The notes under the pieces: generated by a model
Told to the model about the DNA's origin: nothing
The model's database searches: none
What the model saw: the letters and a program-made list of their open reading frames with translations, nothing else
Source: Utricularia gibba
Lineage: Eukaryota; Plantae; Magnoliophyta
DNA: 64,000 bases
Direction: 5' to 3'
Assembly: GCA_002189035.1 (NCBI GenBank)
Contig: NEEC01000013.1
Span: 1,488,001-1,552,000 of the forward strand
Program-made: the position numbers and the translations under genes
Part shown: piece by piece, positions 1-10,252 of the stretch
How positions within the stretch are numbered: the first letter of the stretch is position 1
Layout: the number at the start of each line of letters is the position of its first letter

Positions 1-298
1 AACTTACTAACTTAAAGTCCTATAATTTATAATCTTATTTCTAAATTCATGTATTGCATCATCCAAATAATACCTCAAATAAAAGAACTCATGAGATTTG
101 TCTTGAAGACTTCCTCCGCCAACAAGCGTTGGGTAATGAACCAGAAAAGGACAAGTTGTGCCTAACCCGTACGGACGATGAGTGTTGTTGCAAGTTGTAA
201 GCTGACTTTTTTTTAAAATGAGATGCTCTACAAGTATCCTCTTTCGTGCTCTCTGGATCCCAAACCATCTTCTCCTATTTGATCATTCTAAGAAGCTA

Positions 299-1764
299 AT
301 GGCGTTTAAACTTGTTCTAGTTGCGCTGCTCCTGCTCCTGGCATACCGGGCCGCCGCCGAAGTGGAGCTAGAGGCGGTGATGATCCGTAGACACGAGAAC
401 TGGATGAAGCAACACGGCCGTGTGTACAAAGATGAAGCGCAAAAGGCCAGGAGATTCCAAATCTACAGAAAAAACATCCAGTACATCAATTCTGTCAATG
501 CAGCCAATCTCTCTTACGAGCTTGGGGAAAACGCTTTCACTGATCTCACCAATGAGGAATTCACTGCATCCAGGAACGGGTTGATAGTCAATCGCCTCCG
601 CGATGACTCCCTGTCCAGTTCTGTCAACTTGACTTCCCTAGGGGCTGTTCCGGCCAGTGTCGACTGGAGGGATAAAGGAGCAGCCACTCCTGTCAAGGAT
701 CAAGGCAACTGTGGTAAGAAACCAAACCAGCTGACACATTTTGCTTAAAGGCATTATGACACTAAGAAGTAAATATATGGTGCAGAGATGCGACCCGTTC
801 CTTAGGTTAGGAACTGAACGGTTTTTTTATGTTTCTGTGAAATGGTTAGTTTTTTCAGGGTTTTTTCGAACTACTTTAACAATTATTAAAAATATTTAAA
901 AACAGTTATGAAAATAGAACATGCTTTTCAGATATCCAGAATATATGGAAAATTCATCCCTTTAGTACTTTTTTTAAGGGTGTTTGGAATCATTAAAAAA
1001 TAAAGTCACAGTTCAAATGGTTTCATATTGATTGGAACTGTGGTTTCCCAATTTTAAATATCTGGAATCGGCTCAAAACCATTTCTGATTCGGAAACTGA
1101 AACCGTACGGACACTTATATCTCCAAACTGAACCGGAACCGGTTTGAACCCATTATACCTCTAATATTGTGATCATTGAATTGCAGGAAGTTGCTGGGCT
1201 TTCTCAGCTATAGCAGCGGTGGAAGGGATAACCCAAATTCGAAAAGGCACGCTATTATCATTATCAGAGCAGGAGCTCGTCGATTGTGACAGATCAAATT
1301 CCGGTTGCAAAGGTGGATGGATGGAAGATGCATTCTTATTCATCAAGAAAAATGGAATTGCAAGCGAATCCAACTACCCGTATAGGGGCAATAGAGGCCC
1401 ATGCCGGATCGCCAGAACGAAACCAATTGCAGCCACTGTCACCGGATACGTGAATGTTCCATCCAACAAAGAGGCATTACTGAAAGTGGCAGTGGTGAAT
1501 CAACCTGTTTCCGTCGCCATTGAGGGGAGTGGACGAGCTTTTCAGTTTTATAAACGTGGAATTTTCAGCGGACCATGTGGCAAGAAACTGGATCATGCTG
1601 TGACAATTGTGGGATACGGTGTTAATGGAACCACACAGTTTTGGATAGCGAAGAACTCATGGGGCACCAGTTGGGGTGAGGCTGGATACATTCGCCTCAA
1701 GATTGGTGTTGGTGCCTCAGGAGTTTGTGGGGTTGCCTCGCTTCCTTCTTACCCAACGGCTTAA
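299..1764 (+). CDS. Papain-like (C1A) cysteine protease, SAG12/SAG39-like, copy 1; exons 299-713 and 1187-1764
   Basis: Hydrophobic signal peptide MAFKLVLVALLLLLAY; I29 propeptide with ERFNIN-like and GENAFTDLTNEEF motifs. The spliced junction gives QGNCG-SCWAFS (catalytic Cys), plus LDHAV (His) and KNSWG (Asn). GT at 714, AG at 1185-1186. No KDEL or granulin tail. Confidence 0.95.
783..1163. mobile_element. Non-autonomous hAT-like MITE in the intron of protease 1
   Basis: Flanked by an 8-bp near-direct repeat ATATGGTG (775-782) / ATATTGTG (1164-1171), 7/8 identical. Degenerate termini CAGAGATG / TACCTCTA; AT-rich interior with repeated GAAC/GAACC/AACCG-type subterminal motifs. Removing element plus one TSD leaves an 84-bp intron, normal for this window. 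Confidence 0.65.
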
Positions 1765-3560
1765 TGATCCGAACCAGCGACAAAGCATGATCGGAGGTAA
1801 CGAATTAATCAAGTTTAAGGAATGTAATAACATGCAAGGCAGTCTGCTTTTGTCTCTCGCCACCCAACCTTGCTTTAGCACGATATTTTTCAAATATCTA
1901 ATTTTTATGGTTTTACGTTATTTGACAAAAAAATCTTGTGTAAGATTAGAAGAGTATTTTTATTTAAATGCATCTTCTTCCCTATCTTTAATTAATATGG
2001 GATATCACTATAAGATTATTAATCTTATATTATCTCTCTCTCTTACACACTCAACATTATTAAACATTATAATGTTTTTTATATCAAATGTTACAATCTA
2101 TTCTCATCTTGCACAATATTATCTGTTTTTTATATTCAACATTTATGATTTTATGTTTTTGACTTTTGGAGAAAATGTATCATAGAAAATTAGGAGGGTA
2201 CTTTTATGATGTAATGTGGTTGACCTATTTGCATTTTAGCTTATGGTATACTTGGACCTTAACAATGAATTGATCTGATTTTATAAATTCCATTTGTGTG
2301 TAAATGTCAAAGTGCTCATGTATCCCAAAAATTTATTACAAAATATTTTCTTGAATTTACATTGCAATTTTTTAACTTTAAGAATTAGCTTTGGAAAAAT
2401 TTATTAATTTCAAGGTGATGTTTGATAACTTGACTTAATTATTTAAATATAATATATTTATAACAATATATAATTGATAAACTTGTTTAATAATATACGA
2501 GTACAATTTTAAAACACTCTAACTTGATTATTTTCAAAACTCACATTCTTGATGAGTTTTATTAAACAACCCAAAAAATAAATCATTAATTCTAAATTTA
2601 GCCATGGACGGTAACATTCCCCTCCTCGAAACCGCCATGGATGCTTCCTAGCCATGTTTGATGTTAGAAACAAGCATACTAGGTTTTAAAACAATTACAC
2701 ACACTCAGCAATATTTTAGGACATGGTTCACTCAATTTGGTTGTCAAGATTTCTAGGTAGTGAGAATACTTTTTGATGGTTTTGGATGATCCATGGAATT
2801 GGTAGAACATATAAAAAAAAAAACCATTACCCTACTTTTCAGCAATTGTCTTTCAATTTGTTGCCAGGGGATGGAATTCATTCTTCTTCGAAAGATATTT
2901 CTCCATTAGGGGACAAAAAATCATCCGAGTCATCGTAGGTTTTCCACGCGTCAGATCAGGATTCCCATGTTCGGGGACTTTGGAATCAAAATGGATAAAG
3001 TGTGCATTTATTTCTCCCAGATTTTTCTGTGTGCATAATCTTAAAAGGGCAGGATCTATTTATTATAGGATATCGAGCAGTGGACTGTGAATAAAATATG
3101 TTGGACTTTGCGGGAGCAATGCGTTCATACATCAAAACTGCAAGTACAAGACGTAATTAATTATTCTTATGCTGTCTGCTTTAAAAATAATGTAATAAGA
3201 TCTTTTTTGTTCAATTTGTGTATCAAGTTTTGTCCTTTAACCCCACCGGGAAGGGGTGTCAAAAAGATGGAATGAAAATGGAGAAGTGCGTCATGAGAAA
3301 ACATTCTCAACGGGGGGTTTGTTTGCTGCACACGGTTTTGTGCTGGAAAGTCGAACTTCAGACAGTGGGCATCCTAGGGCTAATGTTGATAAAAATCCTT
3401 GATGTGAAATACATTATTTGGACTACGCCATTCGAACAGTAACCGTTTGAGGTTAAGACATGAATGTCCATTTAAGATCCCTTTTGAAAAAGGCAGCGGA
3501 CACAGATTCCTTCCTCTACTTCACTAGCCCTTTGGAACATCGCTCCTGGTGTCGATTCTG

Positions 3561-3568
3561 TATAAATA
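3561..3568 (+). promoter_or_regulatory. TATA box of cysteine protease 2
   Basis: TATAAATA 72 nt upstream of the ATG at 3633. Confidence 0.6.
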
Positions 3569-3632
3569 TCTTCTCAATCCCACTTGAATTCTCACGACTT
3601 CTTTCGCTCTAGAACTCACAGTGCAGCTCGTG

Positions 3633-4696
3633 ATGACGGCGTCCACGGTTGTTTTCTCCGCGCTGCTCCTTCTGCTTGCGCAATCGCCGTACGAGTCGGA
3701 GGGCGAGAGCACCCGGAGGCAGTGATGTTTGATAGACACGTTCAGTGGATGACACAGTATGGCCGTGTCTACAACGATGAGGTTGAGAAGGAAGAGAGGT
3801 TTTTAATCTTCAAGCGCAATGTGGAGTTCATTGATTCTGTAAACAAAGCCGGTCTCTCTTACAAGCTTCGGGAGAACGAGTTCGCAGATCTCACGAACGA
3901 GGAATTCCGTGCTTCCAGAAATAAGTACACGGAGAAGAAGCTTTTGGGCGGCAGTTCGCCCAACGATACCTTGACTCATCATCATGTCGATCTTCCATTG
4001 ACAGTTGATTGGAGGAAGACTGGAGCTGTTACTGGCGTCAAGGATCAAGGCCACTGTGGTAGGAGAAATTTTGCTGAATCATTTCCTCCCACATCGCCTA
4101 ATACTCTCATTGTTGCAGGTTGTTGTTGGGCTTTCTCGGCGGTGGCCGCCGTTGAAGGGATCAACCAGATCAAAACAGGTAATCTGGTTTCGTTTTCGGA
4201 GCAACAAGTGGTTGATTGTGATACAAAAAAGAATAGCGGGTGCAACGGAGGCTGGATAGACTATGCATTCCAGTACATAATCAGGCAGGGCCTGACAACG
4301 GAGTCCAAGTACCCGTATCGAGGCAAGCGAAGCATTTGCCACAGAAAACGCATCTCATTCTTGACGGCAAAAATCACCGGCTACACGAGCGTTCCCAGCA
4401 ACAATGAGACGGAGTTGCTAATTGCAGTTGCGAATCAGCCGGTTTCGGTAGCCATAGACGCCGGTGGAAGAGATTTTCAGTTCTATTCAAGTGGGGTTTT
4501 CAGTGGGCCGTGTGGGACGTCTCTGGACCACGGCGTGACTGTGGTAGGATATGAACCCGATTCCTGGATAGTGAAGAACTCATGGGGGACTGGATGGGGT
4601 GAGGATGGCTACATAAGGATGAAGAGAGGTGTCAACCCCAAAGGAATATGTGGCATCGCAATGCAAGCATCGTACCCAACAACTTCAGCAGTTTAA
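3633..4696 (+). CDS. Papain-like (C1A) cysteine protease, SAG12-like, copy 2; exons 3633-4058 and 4119-4696; apparent 1-nt frameshift near 3680
   Basis: Mature domain QGHCG-CCWAFS, LDHGV, KNSWG intact. The signal peptide [16 protein letters not shown] from ATG 3633 is one frame off the propeptide ([12 protein letters not shown]). The intron is at the same position as in copy 1. Could be a pseudogene or an assembly error. Confidence 0.9.
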
Positions 4697-4858
4697 AAAC
4701 CCCAAGTAGGAGGATTGTAAGTAGGGGAGGGATAAAAAACTAGGCATAAATGTACAGTTCTGATCTTGCTTTGTTCCTTTGTGTAGACACTATAGTTACA
4801 CAATATACAGGCAGCTTCTCTTTACATGTAACTACTTTGTAATAAAATAAATTGGGTA

Positions 4859-6843
4859 CTAATAGGGCACACTCTTGGAGCTTGAGCTACCAACCAAACC
4901 TTTGATTCTAGAGCTAGCTCTTCCGCCATTGGCTCTTCGAGTAATCCTTTCCATGTTAAGATTCAAGCTTTGCTTCACAATCCTCTTCATCAGTGTCTTT
5001 CCTTGCTCACCATCCGCGCCATCGCCCAACCCTCTCTGGAATCCCATCGCCGGCTCCTTAAACCACCGGAGCAACTTCAAAGCCCTTCTTTGTGCCAACA
5101 TGCTGCCCAACAAGGCGACTTCAACAAGCACCTGTGATATTAGTTGGCCAAGATGTGGCAGTTGGATATTAGGATACCTAATGTTTCGAGAAAAAGAAAG
5201 ATCAAGAAACCTGTATGATTCCAGCTTCCATCATTTTCTTCCTTAGTTTCAGGCTATTGTGCGCCAAGACCATCAAAATGTAGGCGGCCATCTCTTGACG
5301 CTTCGGTTGATCTTCCCACTTCAAGATCTCAATGAACCCTTCCATTGATGTGCAGTAGCTCTGGATCAGTTTCCGCCCGGTTGCCTGTTAGAAATGGCGA
5401 TTCCATAACAAACATGAGTTGATATTTGTTCAAAGATGAATAACTTCTATGAAATATTTCCACATTACCGTCATGACTAAGTTGGATAAAGTAGCTAGGG
5501 CTTTCTCGGATAAGTTCTTCTTCATGGAGAGTGTGATTAAAATGTCTAAAACCGCAGGAGAAGCCAGACTGCCAATGTTCTCAAAACTACACGAGAGATT
5601 GTGTAAAGTAGCTAAACAAGCATTAATGGTGTGCTGGTTCGAATGGGTTTCGAGGATTCCGATGATTACGACGAGGATTTGCGATGCCTGAAGTGGGAAT
5701 TGAACTGTCACTAGAGCTGATATGGATAGAACAAGATCTGCTATTCCTTCCGGGATGTGTTCTACTGCCTGCGACAGCTTTGAGAGGAGACCTGATTTCA
5801 CCATCAGGATCTTGTTCCTGCCCATGAGGAGATGCTTCTCAAACTATACCACATAACCAGTAGAGGCAAACATGTAGTATTTAATCTAGGGTATTGACCA
5901 AAAAAATATTGTTATCAAGGGCATACAGCATATAAGAGACCATATAAGGTAAGCTTTTTTACATCATCTCAATACAAATCATACTTAAGCATCAAAAAAG
6001 CAGAACAATAAGCAAATAAGAACAACCAAAGCCACAGTGAACTATGATTCTGGAATGAAGCTTTATTACCCAAATGAACCCTTCTCACTTTCTCATCGTT
6101 TTTTATTGCATAGCTTAGAATAGGCAATCAGACGTATCAAGGAAACAATGGTATACAAGTTAGGATACTTGGAATTAGGCTTCATGATGCCATGGTTAAT
6201 ATAATTAATATGTTTGTTTCTACACATCATTAATTACTTTAGGAAAGGACCGATGCGGACAAAGAAAACAACCCCCGGGAGCAGCCCATGAAAGAAACTT
6301 GAACTAGATTTTGGAAAGTAGAGATTGGAAAAACAGTGAAGAAAGACAAATGTTCATTTAGGACAAAGACCTGAATGGTTTTTATGGTGATGTAATGAAT
6401 ATGTGACTCTCTTTTGTGTGATTTACATGGGTTCAAATCCTAGATCTTCCATGGTTCCGACCTGGTTTTCTCAATCGAATCCTACTCGAGTTATAACAAA
6501 AGAATCGCATATTTCTCTTTAAGTAACATCAAAGAATGAAATGGGACATAACTCACGTGAAAGAACCGGCAGCGAGCTCGATCAGGGCCAACACGGCCAA
6601 CCTCCGGGGCTCCGCCGAGTCGGAGGTAACCATATTAACGAGTGGCGGAATAACGCCGAGCTCCGCCATCATTTTCCGCCGCTCCAAGCTACTTGTCGCC
6701 ATCGACCTGATTTCTGCGGCGGCTACAACCTTCTCTTCCCATGTCCCAAAGTGAAGCATCTTCACAGATTTACGCAAATCCATGGCCCAACATCTCTCAT
6801 CATCGCATTTCCATGTCGGAGTCCCGCCTTTTGCGGCGGTCAT
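4859..6843 (-). CDS. ARM-repeat protein (U-box-less PUB4-like ARM family); exons 6843-6557, 5817-5469, 5384-5211, 5131-4859
   Basis: GT-AG junctions keep frame. ARM-like helices (LGVIPPLVNMV, LATLHNLS, SEKALATLSNLV, EVALLGSMLAQRRALKLLRWF) and the family C-terminus KQSLNLNMERITRRAN. Confidence 0.85.
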
Positions 6844-7155
6844 TACAGCTTTATCTCGGCGACAGCAAGCGAATACAGACGTAGTTAGTTGAAGAAACAA
6901 CAGAATGGCTTTGGTGGAAGGGGTTTAATTGTTATATGACCTGTTCCTGAGCCACTTGAGTTTTAAAAATATTTGTTGGAGTCATTTAGTAGTCCATTGC
7001 TTCTAAGCCGTGCATTCGATGTTATGACAACTACATACACAGAATCCCCAAAACTCAATTTAATTGGTATAAATAAAAAAAAGAAATTGAAACTTTTATG
7101 GGTAAAATCGGTATCCAGTGGGAGGCCGATTTAAGATGATAGGTGCGATCGGGAA

Positions 7156-7578
7156 TGTCACACTTAGTCGCGTTTTTCATGGTTGGTTCAATTGAAGTAA
7201 AAGTGAGCGAAGATTTTTATGTGGAAACCGTCGAAAAACGGAAAAACCATGGAGCTATCGAAGCTCACCGGAGCTCACCGGGAAAGATTTCCACTAGATG
7301 GAGATGGCGAAGAGGGGAATACAAGTTCAATAATCCTCCTTTTGTGTTCAACCTGGCTTTCGTCATAATTCCTTCTATTTATAGGAGAGCTCATTTTGAC
7401 GTCTGCAAATATCGGTTGCTTTCTGGTCCTGCTATACGATCTCGCTTTTCAAATATCAGCCGTCTGTTATGCCGTAATTCGGCCGCTTTTCAGATTATGC
7501 CATATGTCCATACCTGTCAAATTTCTGACAGATATCGATATGTCGACTGGCATTATCCCTTCACATTCTCTTTTGACA
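7156..7578 (-). mobile_element. Possible solo-LTR-like remnant
   Basis: Segment bounded by TGTCA...TGACA (perfect 5-bp inverted termini) with CTCCTATAAATAG on the minus strand (about 7373-7388). The 5-bp flanks do not match, so no TSD. Confidence 0.3.
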
Positions 7579-8467
7579 GCCTTTTAGGAATCGGTTACCC
7601 TTGATCGATTAATACTCTATCAGAAACATATAAAAAAATGAATACCTATCTAAATATTAAAAAACATAAGATCTAGGTACTGTTTTCGGATATCGAATAT
7701 CTAACATTCCTAATTCAATAGTTGGGGGAGCCTCTTCATCACTTTGGTACATACTATAAGAATAAATAATTTTATATTTTTAAATTAAAATAAAATGCTT
7801 AAATGTATAAGAAATTATATATTACTAGTAATCAATTGAGTTTTTTTATATAATCCATGTTTTTTATATATTATTTGTATTTTTTCAACCCATTAAAATC
7901 GTAATTTCAATATATACCATATTGTATGTGAAGGTATGAATTAAAAAAAAGATATTTTTAAAACAGGATAGGTTATTAATCAATGTGGACCAATTGGATA
8001 GGAGGGAGCCTGGAGTGAGACTCTTAAATTTATTGGGCTTGTTGGGCCGTATGAGTGATAACGTGGGCCGCCTTCTCTGACGCGTCGATGCCTGAGAGAA
8101 ACCCAATTCTTCTCCGGATCAGAAAGTTTCCGATGGCGCAGGAACAGAAACCGTAACCCTAGCCGTAGGAAGCCCGGTGTGATAGGGGCAAAGCCGTCTT
8201 TTCTCGGAGCCGGAGGAAGACCGGACGGGAGGACGATTCTGACGGTCCAAATCTGGAGGGAAAATAATCCCAATCGACAAACAACGCTGACGGCGTAAAA
8301 CCAAATGACGATTTCCTGCCGAAATCGCGTGGCCGTCGATCCCACGCGCTCCCCCACCCGGCGGTGCCCCTTTCCCTTCTACTCCTCCCCCAATTCTCAA
8401 TTTCCCACAACCCCCTCAATTCTCTCTCTTTCTCCCAACCCTCGCCGGGAAAGTAGACCCTAATTGA

Positions 8468-9635
8468 ATGGACTCCGAAGCGCCGCCGCGGCAGACTCCC
8501 ACGCGGGACGATTGCTGGACGGAGGAGGCCTCCTCCACGCTCATCGATGCCTGGGGCCGCCGATATCTCGATCTCAACAGGGGGAACCTCCGCCAGAAGG
8601 ATTGGCAGGAGGTTGCGGAGGAGGTCAACGCGCTACACGGACATTCGAAGAAGACGCGCCGCACTGACGTGCAGTGCAAGAATCGGATCGACACTCTGAA
8701 GAAGAAGTACAAGGTGGAGAAGGTGAAGATTGCGGAGAGCGATGGTGCCAGAACGTCTTCGTGGCCTTTTTTCTCTCGGATGGATTTTTTGATCGGATCT
8801 AGTTCCACTAAGCCGCAGAGTAAACCTAATTTATCAACTCCGTCGTCTACCGGCGCTCAATCCACGCCGATTATGCGTCTCCCTTCGCCTCCGATGGCTC
8901 TGCCTTTGCCCTACGATAGAGGGCTTCCGCCTGCAATGGTAACACCGGTGGTTATGCCTCAGAAACGCCCCTTGTCGTCACCGGCTTTGGATGGATCTTA
9001 TTCACTGAGAAATTACTCGGCAATGGCTGCCGCGGCGGCCGCTGCGGCAGAGGATGAAGATGGGGACACGGATGGAGACGAAGAGGAGGGGTCGGAGGAT
9101 GGAGATGCGCAGGGAGAAGAATCGTGGCTGCAAGGAATGAGGAAAGTGGCCGATGCCATAGAAAAATTTGGGGAGATATTTGAAAGAGTGGAGAAAAAGA
9201 AGCAGAAGCTGATACTAGATTTGGAAAAACAGAGGATGCTGTTTGTTCAGGATTTGGAAGTTCGAAGGATGCAATGGTTCACTGATACTCTTGCACAGCA
9301 ACAAAAAAAGAAGCAAGCCAAGCGTTCTGGTTCTTCCGATGGTACGCCTACTGCACCTCCCTATTCGTTCTATGCCATGCCTAGGCTTTGGTTTTCGTAC
9401 TCTGTTTTATGTGGGGTGTATGTGGATGTTAGCAAAGGCCAATATTTGCATATTTCCAATCGAATGTTAGCTACATGACGCTACCCAGAGATTTAAAAAA
9501 GGCTTGACTTTTGCTGCTGATACCATACTTTTGCATGATGTATTGCTGTTAAACATGGGAGATTCATAGAAGTTAATGGGCAGGTCGGATTGTCCACTTA
9601 AAATCTTGCATTGTTTTGCAGATGCTTATCAATAG
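8468..9635 (+). CDS. Trihelix transcription factor, SIP1/ASIL clade; exons 8468-9341 and 9622-9635
   Basis: Myb/SANT-like trihelix [16 protein letters not shown]...[15 protein letters not shown]...WPFF, acidic tract and C-terminal coiled coil. Donor at 9342, acceptor ttttgcag at 9621, short last exon ending DAYQ*. Confidence 0.92.
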
Positions 9636-10252
9636 TCACGGTGACCGCAGGCAGCCGAACCAAGGAGATGATCACCAGTCATCAACATAAGCCAAGCCAC
9701 CTGCGAGAGGTCCTGTTGATCTCTCAAACTAACACTGTTGATTTCTCTTCTTCACTTCCTAGATTCGTTACCATTTTACCAGTGACTTCAAAGGTTTTCA
9801 TCCTGTTTATGGTTGTATGATTCTGGGGATTTCGGTTACTTTTTTCACAGCCTATCTGTGTTATATAAACTAACAGGTTCTGTAGATTGAAATTTTCTTC
9901 ATGATTTTATTCCATGCACAATATGGGATTGGTAATGTACTTCGAATACGTGTTGAAAATTCAATTTTTGTGGCCGTTTTGATATACCCCAGTCAACAAA
10001 TACACTTGAAAAATGAGTATGCGATCTGTTTGGGCCATTCAATATTAAAAAAAATTATATTTTATTTTATTGGTACGGAAAAGAAAAGGCGAATTGGTCA
10101 ACGGTTAATTTGATTTTTTATGGGCTCACAACAAATAAAATAGAATTTCAAAGTTTTTAAGTGCTGTAAAGAAATTATTAAAATAACTCTTCTGTGTGTT
10201 TACAGCTGAGATGATCCATTCTCACATGCCCTGCACCGGCGATCATCGGTAA

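Noticed and set aside
2590-3450. Moderately GC-rich patches between the two proteases
   Set aside because: No assignable protein, TIR/TSD or third protease remnant could be read by eye.
6430-6440. GGTTCAAATCC, a tRNA T-loop/B-box-like motif in the ARM gene intron
   Set aside because: No A box, cloverleaf or acceptor stem around it; not a tRNA, and SINE evidence is insufficient.
7980-8463. Overlapping 86-125 aa ORFs upstream of the trihelix gene
   Set aside because: GC-rich promoter/5' leader with site II motifs; no recognisable domain or splice support.
9342-9478. C-terminal extension of the 336-aa trihelix ORF
   Set aside because: It begins at a GT donor and is T-rich intron sequence; the spliced DAYQ* ending fits the family.
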